A stretch of DNA of 64,000 nt, taken from positions 704,001 through 768,000 of the forward strand of contig CBDCRP010000002.1 of assembly GCA_965221165.1 (NCBI GenBank), read 5' to 3'. The notes below the pieces were generated by a model. The model was not told the DNA's origin. It did no database searches and saw only the letters and a list, made by a program, of their open reading frames with translations. Source of the stretch: a bacterium. Lineage in GTDB: Bacteria; UBA8248. Made by a program: the position numbers and the translations under genes. Below, one piece after another: positions 1-10,106 of the stretch (within the stretch, counting starts at the first letter, position 1; each line of letters starts with the position of its first letter).

Positions 1-404
1 CCCAGTGTTAGATATCCATTTTTGAGATCGGCGCTTCCATAAATCGAGCTTGGTGATCTTAAGGAATTATTCTCACAAGACACTTCCAGTTCTTCAAATA
101 TTTTGCTCCACATCACAGAGTAATCGTACGTAACATCACATTGGACTCTCGCAACCAAAACAGGCAGGGCGAGTTCTTGTTCATCAAGATGCGCCTTGAG
201 AACGTTCGCAAGTGATGTTTTACCAACTCCTCGTTCACCAAATATTATCCCGTGCCGGCCTCGTTGATTTATTGAATCAATCAGCCTTGTCAACTGGCGA
301 AATCTTCCTGAAAATAAGTCTTTTTCGCTGACAGGAGAAGATGGGGTAAAAATTCTACCTACCGCAAGTGACAATCTTCTCTTTTCCTCTTCCGACAAAG
401 CCAT
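1..404 (-). CDS. P-loop (AAA-type) ATPase, 5' part; runs off the window edge
   Basis: Hand translation from ATG at 404 (GGAGG RBS upstream): MALSEEEKRRLSLAVGRIFTPSSPVSEKDLFSGRFRQL...HGIIFGERGVGKTSLANV; Walker A GERGVGKT preceded by the LFSGR motif. Not in the ORF track because it is truncated. Confidence 0.8.
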   Translation of the reverse strand, partial: MALSEEEKRRLSLAVGRIFTPSSPVSEKDLFSGRFRQLTRLIDSINQRGRHGIIFGERGVGKTSLANVLKAHLDEQELALPVLVARVQCDVTYDYSVMWSKIFEELEVSCENNSLRSPSSIYGSADLKNGYLTL

Positions 405-690
405 CACAAGCCTCCATCAATTTACAATATAAAATATTAACTAACAATATAACTCATTTATATGAAAATAAAAGTAGCTTATCTAAAAATTAACTCTCAA
501 TAAAAACAGGTCTTTCGCTGACAGGAGAAGAAGAGGTAAAATTCTACCTATCGTAAGAGATAGTCTTCTCTTTTCCTCTTCCACTAAAACCATCACAAGC
601 CTCTAATTATTACAAATATAAGGTATCAACTAACAATATAAATGAATTATCTGAAAATAAAAACAATGACCAAGAATAAGTGTATTCTCT
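311..690. repeat. Diverged ~190-bp tandem duplication of the ATPase 5' end and upstream region
   Basis: TTTCGCTGACAGGAGAAGA, TCTTCTCTTTTCCTCTTCC, CATCACAAGCCTC and AACTAACAATATAA each occur twice, about 189 bp apart. The second copy is frameshifted. Confidence 0.85.
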
Positions 691-705
691 TCCAAGGAGA
701 AGCCC

Positions 706-1086
706 ATGCCCATGAAGAACCCGCCGCACCCCGGCAAAGTCGTGCGCGTCTCCTGTCTGGAACCGCTGGGTTTGAACGTGACCGAAGGGGCCAAAGCACT
801 GGGCGTCAGCCGCCAGGCCCTCTCGAACCTGGTGAACGGCCACGCACGGGTGTCGTCGGAGATGGCGATACGCCTCGCCAAGGCCTTCGGCTCGACCACG
901 GAGACCTGGATACGCTTGCAAACCGCTTACGACATCGCCCAGGCGAGAGAACGCGAGGATGAGATCGAAGTTCAGCGCTACGAGCCACAACGGTATGAGG
1001 CCCAAAGAGCGGATCAAGCGACCCGTCCTTTATACGGAGCGAGGTTGATTTCGCCTTCGCGCTTGCGGGTCTGGGCGATGTCGTAG
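706..1086 (+). CDS. higA: HigA-family HTH antitoxin (orphan)
   Basis: MKNPPHPG...[14 protein letters not shown]...[21 protein letters not shown] signature. The C-terminal tail overlaps the convergent higA. Confidence 0.85.
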   Translation: MPMKNPPHPGKVVRVSCLEPLGLNVTEGAKALGVSRQALSNLVNGHARVSSEMAIRLAKAFGSTTETWIRLQTAYDIAQAREREDEIEVQRYEPQRYEAQRADQATRPLYGARLISPSRLRVWAMS

Positions 1087-1325
1087 CTGTTCTGCATCCG
1101 CATCAGCGTATCCATGGACACACCGAATGCCTTCTCAATACGAAGCGCCATCAGAGGCGAGAGGTGCGCGCGCTCATTGAGCAGCGCAGACAGCGCGGGG
1201 CGCGTGACTCCTAAGACTCGCGCCGCTTCGGTCACCGTCAAGCCCAACGGTTCGACGATCTCGCTCTTCACGAATCCGCCCGGGTGGGCCGGGTTCTTCA
1301 TCCGGATGCCGCCTGTTACGCTCAT
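1014..1325 (-). CDS. higA: HigA-family antitoxin
   Basis: MKNPAHPG...[30 protein letters not shown]; AGGAGG RBS before ATG at 1325; directly downstream of higB. Confidence 0.9.
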   Translation of the reverse strand: MSVTGGIRMKNPAHPGGFVKSEIVEPLGLTVTEAARVLGVTRPALSALLNERAHLSPLMALRIEKAFGVSMDTLMRMQNSYDIAQTRKREGEINLAPYKGRVA

Positions 1326-1334
1326 GGCCACCTC

Positions 1335-1625
1335 CTAGTGGTAATCCTCATAGTTCAGATCGACGATCTCGATCTCCCTCTTGTCGATCCGGAATGTGAG
1401 TCGCCAGTTTTTCGTAACCGACAAACTCCAGACGCCCTTCCGATCGCCGACAAGCTGATGCGCCCTCCAGGCCGGAACGGTTCGTAGTTCTTCTTCCCGC
1501 TCCATATCCTGAAGAAAAGAAAGAATACGCTGTAATTTCGGCACAACCGCAGGCTGGAGACCAGCAGGGTTATCATCCTCCATGAATCGGCGCAGTCCCT
1601 TGTGAACCACGTTTCGGATCTTCAT
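1335..1625 (-). CDS. higB: HigB (RelE/ParE superfamily) toxin
   Basis: MKIRNVVHKGLRRF...HQLVGDRKGVWSLSVTKNWRLTF...DLNYEDYH; toxin-before-antitoxin order. Confidence 0.9.
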   Translation of the reverse strand: MKIRNVVHKGLRRFMEDDNPAGLQPAVVPKLQRILSFLQDMEREEELRTVPAWRAHQLVGDRKGVWSLSVTKNWRLTFRIDKREIEIVDLNYEDYH

Positions 1626-1832
1626 ACCGCAAGTTATCACAACAATCCGTTAACCGTAAAGTGACGCATTACGATACTTTATAGTACCGATCCCCCCGCC
1701 ACCACTCACCCATGCTGAGGACTACTAATCCATCCCTCTCTCTGGCATAATGTAAAAAAGCCATGAGGACCCCTGTTCGGGCGAGCAGTTTCTCGACCCG
1801 TCGTTTTCTGCGAGACAGGGACTCCCGACCTC

Positions 1833-2588
1833 ATGCGCGGCCTGCCGGGAAAATTCATCGACTTCAACAAATACCTATCCAAAGGTTTTGATAGGGTGTT
1901 GTCCAGGGATTTCCGGGTGGATGGACACACGCATTTCCGAAAAAAATTCGCACCTCCCCACATCCCCGAGGGCGTGCTGGTCTATGAGGTCGGCGGAGGG
2001 AAACGCCCCTTGCACACGCTTGATGAGAAAGCGCGGCGCGGCCTTCGTGTCGTCGGCCTCGACATCGACCAGGGAGAACTGACCAGTGCGCCGCGCGGAG
2101 CGTATGATGAGACCATTCGCGCCGACATCACCGAATACCGCGGATGCGGGAACGCCGATGTGGTGATCGGCCAGGCCTTGCTCGAGCATGTTACCGACAC
2201 CGCAGCCGCTTTCGCCGGCCTGGCGAGCATCCTGAAAAAAGGCGGCGTCGCTCTCCTCTTCGCGCCGTCGAGAAACGCCGCCTACGCGCGCGTCAACCTC
2301 ATTCTCCCTGAGAGGCTCAAGCGGAAGCTCTTAGGGCGTCTCTACCCCGAACTCGCCGAGAAGGCTGGTTTTCAGGGCCGCTACCATCGCTGCACATTGT
2401 CCGATTTCGAGGAGATGGCGCGCGGGGAAGGTTTAGCCGTCATCAAGAAAAAGGCCTATTATTACAGCGAGTATTTCAGTTTTTTCGCGCCCCTTCACGT
2501 TCTCTGGCGACTGTGGCTATGGGTTTTCTTTTTCTTGGCGCGCGAGCGGGCGGCGGAGACCTTCAGCCTCGCGCTGCGCAAAAAATGA
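1833..2588 (+). CDS. Class I SAM-dependent methyltransferase
   Basis: VYEVGGG motif I, VVGLDID, LLEHV, LKKGGV. Confidence 0.8.
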   Translation: MRGLPGKFIDFNKYLSKGFDRVLSRDFRVDGHTHFRKKFAPPHIPEGVLVYEVGGGKRPLHTLDEKARRGLRVVGLDIDQGELTSAPRGAYDETIRADITEYRGCGNADVVIGQALLEHVTDTAAAFAGLASILKKGGVALLFAPSRNAAYARVNLILPERLKRKLLGRLYPELAEKAGFQGRYHRCTLSDFEEMARGEGLAVIKKKAYYYSEYFSFFAPLHVLWRLWLWVFFFLARERAAETFSLALRKK

Positions 2589-2641
2589 GGACGGGAACCA
2601 GGGCGCGCCTCGATTTATCGGCTTTCAGTTGAGTGGACATC

Positions 2642-4588
2642 ATGTGCGGCGTAGCGGGCTTTCTCTTCACACATCAGGAAGTGGACGACCCCCGGGGCGT
2701 CGTTTCGAGGATGGCGGGGAGCCTCTTGCACCGTGGCCCGGACGATGCGGGAAGCTGGGTGGACGAGGCGGCGGGCGTGGCTCTGGGACACCGGAGACTC
2801 GCCGTCATCGATTTGAGCGTGGAGGGCCGCCAGCCCATGATCTCGCATGGCGGACGATATGTCCTCTCCTACAACGGAGAAATCTATAATTTCCCCGAAC
2901 TGCGCGAGGAATTGACGCGGGAGGGGGCGCGCTTCAATGGAGGCTCGGACACCGAGGTGCTCCTCGCCGCGGTGGAGACGTGGGGGCTGGAGGCGGCTAT
3001 AGAGCGATTCGTCGGCATGTTCGCCTTCGCCTTGTGGGATCGCGCAGAAAAAACGCTGCATCTCGCGCGCGACAGGATGGGCGAGAAACCCCTTTATTAC
3101 GGCTGGTGCCGAAAGTCCTTTCTTTTCGGCTCGGAACTCAAATCCCTCCGCGCGCACCCGGATTGGGAAGGCGAGATTTCAACAGACGCGCTGGCCCAGT
3201 ACATGAAGCTGGGTTGCGTTCCCTCCCCGCATTCCATCTACCGGGGGATCCACAAGCTGCCGCCCGGCGCTACCTTAAGCCTCCGCACTTGGGATCCACC
3301 CGGGCATCTGCCGGAGCCACACGCGTACTGGCGTGCGGAAGACATGGTGAAGCGCGCATCCGCAAGGAGGGAGGCGCTCTCGGACGATGAGGCTCTCGGC
3401 CAACTCGAAGAAACATTAAAGCGCTCCGTGCGGCAAATGCTGCGGGCCGATGCACCGCTCGGCGCGTTTCTCTCGGGCGGGGTCGATTCCTCCACTGTGG
3501 TCGCCCTGATGAAAGCGGAGGGGGCCGTTCCCGCCCGAACGTTTTCCATCGGATTCCACGAGAAAGGCTACGACGAAGCCCACCATGCGGGCGAGATGGC
3601 CCGCCACCTCCAAACGGAGCACACCGAACTCTACGCCGGTCCGAGAGAAGCGCTCGACGTCATTCCGCGCCTGCCCCGGCTATATGATGAGCCGTTCTCG
3701 GATTCATCCCAGATTCCCGCGGTCTTGCTATGCGCCCTCACGCGGGAGTACGTGACGGTCGCTCTCTCGGGAGATGGGGGCGATGAACTCTTCGGAGGCT
3801 ACAACCGCCATTTTTGGGCGCCCAGAGTCTGGAGGTGGAGCCATCGGCTGCCGAAGCGACTCAAAACGCGGATGGCGAAGGAGCTGACGGCACGGCACCA
3901 CGCGCTGGCGCGTTCTTATGAAAAAATGTCGCCCTTGCTGCCGAGGCGCTACCGGGTGGAGATGGCCGACGACAAGCTCCGCAAACTGGCGAATCTCCTC
4001 GACGTATCGAGCCTCGATGAAACCTACGAACGATTAAGAGTGCACGGAGAAAATTCGATTTGCGTCGGCGCGAATCCTGATACGGAAAACACGTTTCCCC
4101 CAAGCCTGAAGGCAAGCGGCCTTCACCCCGCAGAGAGGATGATGTACCGCGACATGGTGGAATATCTGCCCGATGATATTCTGGTGAAAGTGGACAGGGC
4201 GAGTATGGGAGCGAGCCTCGAGGTGCGAGCGCCCTATCTGGACCACCGGGTCGTAGAGTTCGTCTGGGGTCTGCCGTTGAGTCTCAAGCTGCGCGGTGGC
4301 GAGGGAAAATGGATTTTGAGGCGCTTATTGTCCCGCTACGCCCCAGATTCTCTGATTCAAAGGCCTAAAATGGGCTTCGGCGCTCCCATCGGCGGGTGGC
4401 TGCGAGGCCCTCTCAGAGACTGGGCGGAGGATTTAATGCGCGAATCGCGTCTCAAGGGAGAGGGTTTTTTCCACGCGCAACCCATCCGCGAAATGTGGAA
4501 GCAGCATCTATCCGGTAAAAGGGACTGGCAACATCATCTTTGGGGCGTGTTGATGTTTCAGGCGTGGCAAGATGAACAAGGGCGATGA
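2642..4588 (+). CDS. asnB: Asparagine synthase-like glutamine amidotransferase (polysaccharide-associated)
   Basis: N-terminal MCG, HRGPD, GHRRLAVID, YNGEIYN, LSGGVDSS, SGDGGDELFGGY, RPKMGF. Confidence 0.95.
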   Translation: MCGVAGFLFTHQEVDDPRGVVSRMAGSLLHRGPDDAGSWVDEAAGVALGHRRLAVIDLSVEGRQPMISHGGRYVLSYNGEIYNFPELREELTREGARFNGGSDTEVLLAAVETWGLEAAIERFVGMFAFALWDRAEKTLHLARDRMGEKPLYYGWCRKSFLFGSELKSLRAHPDWEGEISTDALAQYMKLGCVPSPHSIYRGIHKLPPGATLSLRTWDPPGHLPEPHAYWRAEDMVKRASARREALSDDEALGQLEETLKRSVRQMLRADAPLGAFLSGGVDSSTVVALMKAEGAVPARTFSIGFHEKGYDEAHHAGEMARHLQTEHTELYAGPREALDVIPRLPRLYDEPFSDSSQIPAVLLCALTREYVTVALSGDGGDELFGGYNRHFWAPRVWRWSHRLPKRLKTRMAKELTARHHALARSYEKMSPLLPRRYRVEMADDKLRKLANLLDVSSLDETYERLRVHGENSICVGANPDTENTFPPSLKASGLHPAERMMYRDMVEYLPDDILVKVDRASMGASLEVRAPYLDHRVVEFVWGLPLSLKLRGGEGKWILRRLLSRYAPDSLIQRPKMGFGAPIGGWLRGPLRDWAEDLMRESRLKGEGFFHAQPIREMWKQHLSGKRDWQHHLWGVLMFQAWQDEQGR

Positions 4589-4589
4589 A

Positions 4590-5762
4590 ATGAGCAAGAC
4601 GCTGTTTCTGCTGGATCTGGAGGACAGATACTTTTTGAGCCACAGGCGCGCGCTGGCGCAGGCGGCCAAGGATGCGGGGTATCGCGTCGTCGTATGCGTG
4701 AGAATCGGCGGAAAATACATGGAACGGATTCGGAAGGAGGGTTTCGAGTGTTTCTCTTTGGGGAGTGAAAACAAGGGAGGAGTCAGCCTCCTGCAGGAAT
4801 TTCTCGCCCTCGCCAAGCTCATACGCGCCTATCGTAAATATCGGCCCCGAATCGCCCACCATTTCGGCGTAAGAAACCTGGTGCACGGCTCGCTCGCCGC
4901 CTGGTTCGCGAAAACGCCATTCGCCGTGAACTCGTTCGTGGGCCTGGGTATGCTGTTTTCCTCAGGCTCGCTCAGGCTTCATTTGTTGAGAAAAATCATC
5001 TTGTTCCTGCTGCGGCATTTCCACCGGAGGAAAAACACCCGGGTGATCGTGCAGAACGACGACGACAAAGAGATTGTTCTGAAAAACGTGCTTCCCGAGG
5101 AATCCCGATTGGCCGTCATTCGCGGTTCGGGCGTCGACGTTCACTCCTTTCGCCCTGCCCCCGAACCTGCGGGCACGCCACTGGCGGTGCTTGCCTCCCG
5201 GATGCTCGCGGACAAGGGGGTGCATGAATTCGTAGAGGCTGCCGCCCTTCTGAGAAAAGAAAACCTCAATATTCGCATGGTGCTGGTGGGAAGCCCGGAC
5301 CCCAAAAATCCATCCTCCATCCCCGATTCCACGCTCTCGAAATGGGACCGCGAGGCCCGGGTCGAATGGTGGGGCTACAGGGAAGACATGCCCCAAGTGT
5401 GGAGAGGCTGCCACATCGCCGTTTTGCCGACATACTACAAAGAGGGGCTTCCGAGAAGCCTGCTCGAAGCAGCGGCATGCGCTCGCCCTCTGGTGGCCAC
5501 CGAGGTTCCGGGATGCCGGGATATCGTGAAAGACGGGGTAAATGGACTGCGCGTCGCGCCTCGCGATCCGAGAGGCCTGGCCGACGCCATCAGAAAGCTG
5601 GCGCGGGATGCCGACCTGAGACGAAGAATGGGGGCGGCGGGGCGGCGCATCGTGGAAAAAGAATTTTCCGATGAAATCGTCTCGGGAGAAATTTTGAAGC
5701 TCTATGAACTCACGGACGCAACGTATGAAGAGTCGGGAAGAAGTGAAGCGAGCCTCAGGTAG
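4590..5762 (+). CDS. GT4-family glycosyltransferase
   Basis: SHRRALAQA, VIVQNDDD, GSGVD, RMLADKGV.EF, EGLPRSLLEAAA. Confidence 0.9.
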   Translation: MSKTLFLLDLEDRYFLSHRRALAQAAKDAGYRVVVCVRIGGKYMERIRKEGFECFSLGSENKGGVSLLQEFLALAKLIRAYRKYRPRIAHHFGVRNLVHGSLAAWFAKTPFAVNSFVGLGMLFSSGSLRLHLLRKIILFLLRHFHRRKNTRVIVQNDDDKEIVLKNVLPEESRLAVIRGSGVDVHSFRPAPEPAGTPLAVLASRMLADKGVHEFVEAAALLRKENLNIRMVLVGSPDPKNPSSIPDSTLSKWDREARVEWWGYREDMPQVWRGCHIAVLPTYYKEGLPRSLLEAAACARPLVATEVPGCRDIVKDGVNGLRVAPRDPRGLADAIRKLARDADLRRRMGAAGRRIVEKEFSDEIVSGEILKLYELTDATYEESGRSEASLR

Positions 5763-5808
5763 CCTTGAAGACGGGAGGATGAAGCCTCTTGCAGGGAACG
5801 ACGACCCC

Positions 5809-6480
5809 CTAGGCGACATACCCCCGTATGCGCAAAAAGGCGAGCATCGTCAGGAGTATCACTTGTAAATCCATAGAAAACGAGTAATTCAGAATATAGT
5901 ATAAATCGTGCTCCAGCTTGATTCTGTAGTCTTCTATCTGATCGACATGGCCCTGCCGAATTTGCGCCCACCCCGTTATTCCTGCGGGAACGAGTTCGCG
6001 GTATTCGAATTCGGGATAATGTTTTTTGGCTATCTCAAGCGTCTTGATGTACTCCGCCCTGGGGCCGACGAGACTCATATCCCCCTTGATGACGTTCCAG
6101 AGTTGCGGAAATTCATCGAGATGATACAGGCGCAAGAAACGCCCGAGAGGGTAGACTCTCGGATCGTTTTCTTTCGTCGAAATAGTTCCTTCCGGCCGAT
6201 CCGCATTCACGCGCATCGTCCGAAATTTGTAGAGAGTGAACAACCTACCGTATTGGGTGACGCGGGCTTGAGAATAAAATATCGGCCCCTCGCTCACGAG
6301 CTTGATCGAGATGGCGATGAGGAGGCCGAAAGGGACGAACAGGAGCAGGATCGCGACACTGAAAACCAAATCCAGCGCGCGTTTGCATAAATATTGGTTC
6401 CGGCTCAGGACTTGCTCACTCTTCAGGACAGAGAATTTCCCGGCATGGGAAATGGACTCCAAAGAAATACGGCCTGGCAT
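5809..6480 (-). CDS. Bacterial sugar transferase (priming phosphoglycosyl transferase, catalytic domain)
   Basis: KRALD, YKFRTM, DPRV, LDEFPQLWNVIKGDMSLVGPR, GITGWAQI. Confidence 0.92.
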   Translation of the reverse strand: MPGRISLESISHAGKFSVLKSEQVLSRNQYLCKRALDLVFSVAILLLFVPFGLLIAISIKLVSEGPIFYSQARVTQYGRLFTLYKFRTMRVNADRPEGTISTKENDPRVYPLGRFLRLYHLDEFPQLWNVIKGDMSLVGPRAEYIKTLEIAKKHYPEFEYRELVPAGITGWAQIRQGHVDQIEDYRIKLEHDLYYILNYSFSMDLQVILLTMLAFLRIRGYVA

Positions 6481-7153
6481 GAGAAAAATTCAACCCAACT
6501 CATGAACGCGTAGCGCGTGATGCGCCATAGATGCGCCTAAATCCAAGGCCATTCCGCATTCGCACTTTACATTCAGGGGAATTTTCTCTATATTCGAGTC
6601 CGATAACGAAAATAAAGCGAAAATATAGGCATGCGGCGAAAGCCCACTCCAGATTCCACCACGAACTGCAACAGAGGAAGACATTAGCTCATCACCTTGG
6701 TGTTATATGAGAGAAGTGATGCCAAAAGCACATGAACAGACAATCCTCCCGACGCACCGTACGTTTACGTATTTAGGCATATTACGGGCTGAACGGCATA
6801 CAATCCACTATGTAAAGGGAATTGGTTTCACGCTTATTCCGACTTCTGGATGAGTCGTCTTGTATTCAGCGCGCAACCCGTAAAAAAAATAGCGCATGAA
6901 TTGTATGCCGAGAATCATAGTGGAATGCAGAATTTGAATTGTCAACAAAAAAATAGAAACAAGAAACATTTTTACGCGGTTTCATCGATTTTCGACGGGA
7001 CAGGCTTTTGGCCTTTTCAAGAGTTTCTAGTCATGTGCAGCCTCCATCGATGGACCCCGCTCTATCACGAGAGCACGTGACGCATCATTTCAAGCCACTG
7101 GAGGGCATCTTGCTTTTCACGCACGTCATTTTCTCGAAGGGCATTTCCTGGTC

Positions 7154-8605
7154 ATGAACCCCTCATTTCTGGCATATGGGACCATGGCGCTCGGAGCCGC
7201 CGCGATTATCTTGACGAGCCTATGGAACCTCGGAGCCGCAGGCGCGCTGTTCTTGTTCCTGAACCCGCTCGTCAACATCGAGGTCGCTTTCGGCGATACG
7301 GGAAGAAGCATCTCGTACGACAAGCTGGCGATCATGGCCCTGGTTTCGGGTTTCGCGTGGCGTGTCTTCAGAAAACAAAGCGATGTGCATCTCAAAAACA
7401 AACCCTTCATCCGCTACTTATGGTTGCTCTACATCGCCTGGAGTTTCGTGGCGGCATGGCTGAGTGGCGCGCCCGTCAAACAACAACTCTGGGGCCTCGC
7501 CGAAACGATCGCATACTTCATCACCTTTCTCGCTTTTCTCGATATCTGCGCAGAGGAAACCTCCCGCAACCGGATTCTCAAAGCCATTCTCTATGGCGGC
7601 GTCATCATGCTGGCGGCCGTCGCATTCCAGAATCTGACGTATCAAATCACTTTGAACATCTGGGATTGGCGCCACAGCTTCCGCGCCGATTTGCTGTATT
7701 CGTCATTTCCCCGGATGTTCTTCGGCTTTCGGCCCGGCCCAATCGGACATCCGAATTTTCTCGCCGCTTATCTGATTTTATGGGCTACTATCTACCCCCT
7801 GCTTTTGCGCATGTCCTCCCGCCTGGCGGGACTCTTCATCTTCACCGCACACCTCATCATATTGGCGTCCGCAGGCAGTTATGGAGGAATTCTGGGCTTC
7901 GCCATCTGCTGCTTGGCAGTTTTGTATGTCACCAAGCCGCATCCAACGACGATTGTTTGCGGCCCCACTCCCCACTCCAAAACCCGTCTGCTCCCGCATA
8001 TCCTGGCCGCTTGCTTCATCCTGGTGATAGGGACCGCCATCGCCAATGACGGAGACTTCATGGGCTTATCGTTCCTGCCGAGAATCTACATACACCGGGT
8101 TGGTGGGAAAATGCTCTCCGAGCGACCCCTGGCGGGTTATGGAAATGGTCTTTTTCCGCAAACTTTTCAGGAAAAGGAGAGAGATTATGCGCAAAAAGAC
8201 GGGCTGAAAATACCACCCTGGAGGATGAAGGCTTCCCATTCGCCGAGAACAAACCATTCCCAGGGCCTGGGAGCAGACCATTCCAGTGGGAAAGCACACG
8301 AAAATATCCCGACACTCTCGGCCCATTCCTCCTATCTCAAGACCTTCGTCGAATCAGGCCTTCCGGGAGGGCTTCTTTTTCTTGGCCTGCTGATGGGAGG
8401 ACTCCTGGAGGCGTATCTTCGATTGAGAAAAACGGGTCGACTTTCGATTCGCTCGCCCGAGGCCTGGGGATGGGCCGCCTGCATCGGCGTGTGCTTTCAG
8501 GCCGGAACCGAGAACATTTTTTCATCGCCTAAGATTTCCGTTCTCTATTGGGCCATCACGGCGTATTGCCTGACGGTGAAATCCACGAAAACGAAAAACC
8601 TCTAG
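7154..8605 (+). CDS. O-antigen ligase/polymerase (Wzy_C-like) membrane protein
   Basis: Many TM helices; GHPNFLAAY, RPLAGYG, AHSSYL..FVESGL.G motifs. Confidence 0.8.
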   Translation: MNPSFLAYGTMALGAAAIILTSLWNLGAAGALFLFLNPLVNIEVAFGDTGRSISYDKLAIMALVSGFAWRVFRKQSDVHLKNKPFIRYLWLLYIAWSFVAAWLSGAPVKQQLWGLAETIAYFITFLAFLDICAEETSRNRILKAILYGGVIMLAAVAFQNLTYQITLNIWDWRHSFRADLLYSSFPRMFFGFRPGPIGHPNFLAAYLILWATIYPLLLRMSSRLAGLFIFTAHLIILASAGSYGGILGFAICCLAVLYVTKPHPTTIVCGPTPHSKTRLLPHILAACFILVIGTAIANDGDFMGLSFLPRIYIHRVGGKMLSERPLAGYGNGLFPQTFQEKERDYAQKDGLKIPPWRMKASHSPRTNHSQGLGADHSSGKAHENIPTLSAHSSYLKTFVESGLPGGLLFLGLLMGGLLEAYLRLRKTGRLSIRSPEAWGWAACIGVCFQAGTENIFSSPKISVLYWAITAYCLTVKSTKTKNL

Positions 8606-10017
8606 ACGAGCTCCGCCAAAACTTCACGATACAGATAGCGCACGAAACAGAGCAGGATGGCGAACAGCCAGTAGGGATAAAAGTGCGCCGTGGTGGAAAC
8701 GCCGACGAACAAGGCTGCGACAGTAGAAAAAATGACGGCGAAAGGCATCACGACGGCAAGTGAATTCTCATGCGGCGGCAAGCGCATGATCCTGAAAAAA
8801 TACCTCACGCCCGTGACAAGCATGGCCATTATCAAAAGGAGTCCCAACAATCCCAAATCCACGATAAAATTCATTGGCAAGCTATGCAGGGAAACCGGCG
8901 CGCTCTCCCTCGGATTATCCTGAAACAAATCCGAGGTCGACCACCCCCGAATACCCGATTCATAGCCGGTGATGTCGCCATACACATAACCCGAGAATGT
9001 GGCCGGCGTACCCTTCCAGTATCCGTACAAAAATCCATGTCGTGGCCCGCCTCCCAGAAAAGGCCGTTCGAAAAGCACATCCGATGCGCGCGCGTGCTGA
9101 AAAAGTCTCTCCTTCACGCTCATGGACAGATTCGACGCTTCGATGAACTCTTCTCTCACCGCTTTTCCCATCATCACCGAAGCACAAACACAGAGGAGGA
9201 ACATCGAGGTCGTGAGACAAGAAACGCCAAAAGACCTCATCTTCTTGTGTGCGCCTGCGCGCTCTCTGAATTTCAGGAAAAAGACGATGATGAGGAATAC
9301 GCCCAGAAACAAAGCAAGAATCGGAACGCGTCGCCATGTGGAGAAAAGCATAAGCATTCCGGTGGATGAGGTGAGCAAATAAAAATAGCCTCCCCTTCTC
9401 CAGAAAAAATAAAAGGCGACGCCCGCCAGTATCAGCCCGAGCCTGCTGGAGACGATGTGGTGCCGCGTGAACATGCCGATAAAAAATTGTCCATCATGAT
9501 TCAGCGAATACGGGTTGGGGATTCTCAGGTAATAGAAAAGAATGCTCTCGATACCCATCACCAAGGCGACCCGGAATACACTCTGGAGCGCGCCTTCGAA
9601 CTCATCCCTGCCCCACCCGTTGTTTCGAATCAGATACCATACGAGCATGCCGTCCACATAGGGTACGGCATCGGCCAGAATCCGGTAGAGGGGCACGGAC
9701 GTCTTGATGGGGTCGCCTTGTAGGTAGCCACCTACAATCCCTGCCCAGAATATCGTCCAGAACCAGAGGGCGGCTGCGCCGAACGCCGGTGTTGGTTTTC
9801 TCGTCCCGAACCGAATGGCCTCCATCGCCCACACGCCGCACAACAAAAGGAAAAGGAGCATGTAGACCTTGTACGGACCCACCAGATGGCCCGGGAAATA
9901 GGGGACGCCCTCCCACGGAATGAGAAAATAAATCGCGTGCAGGCGAATAACCGCATTGGTGAAGCGAAAAGGAGAGAGTTTCTTTTCTCCTGAAACACGA
10001 GAAGCGCTCAAAACCAC
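8602..10017 (-). CDS. O-antigen ligase/polymerase-like membrane protein
   Basis: Many TM helices; ERPFLGGG and LHSLPMNFIVDLGLLG resemble Wzy_C motifs. Confidence 0.7.
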   Translation of the reverse strand: MVLSASRVSGEKKLSPFRFTNAVIRLHAIYFLIPWEGVPYFPGHLVGPYKVYMLLFLLLCGVWAMEAIRFGTRKPTPAFGAAALWFWTIFWAGIVGGYLQGDPIKTSVPLYRILADAVPYVDGMLVWYLIRNNGWGRDEFEGALQSVFRVALVMGIESILFYYLRIPNPYSLNHDGQFFIGMFTRHHIVSSRLGLILAGVAFYFFWRRGGYFYLLTSSTGMLMLFSTWRRVPILALFLGVFLIIVFFLKFRERAGAHKKMRSFGVSCLTTSMFLLCVCASVMMGKAVREEFIEASNLSMSVKERLFQHARASDVLFERPFLGGGPRHGFLYGYWKGTPATFSGYVYGDITGYESGIRGWSTSDLFQDNPRESAPVSLHSLPMNFIVDLGLLGLLLIMAMLVTGVRYFFRIMRLPPHENSLAVVMPFAVIFSTVAALFVGVSTTAHFYPYWLFAILLCFVRYLYREVLAELV

Positions 10018-10106
10018 GCGGTTTACATTCAGGGCTTGCTCCTCAGGGATCGGGGGATTTTCCGGGAGGCAGATGGTTCCTTATTGGCCACAAAGGAACG
10101 AAAACG

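Noticed and set aside
6481-6684. In-frame upstream ORF separated from the sugar transferase by a TGA (possible Sec readthrough)
   Set aside because: No redox motif or recognisable homology around the TGA, and the transferase domain is complete without it.
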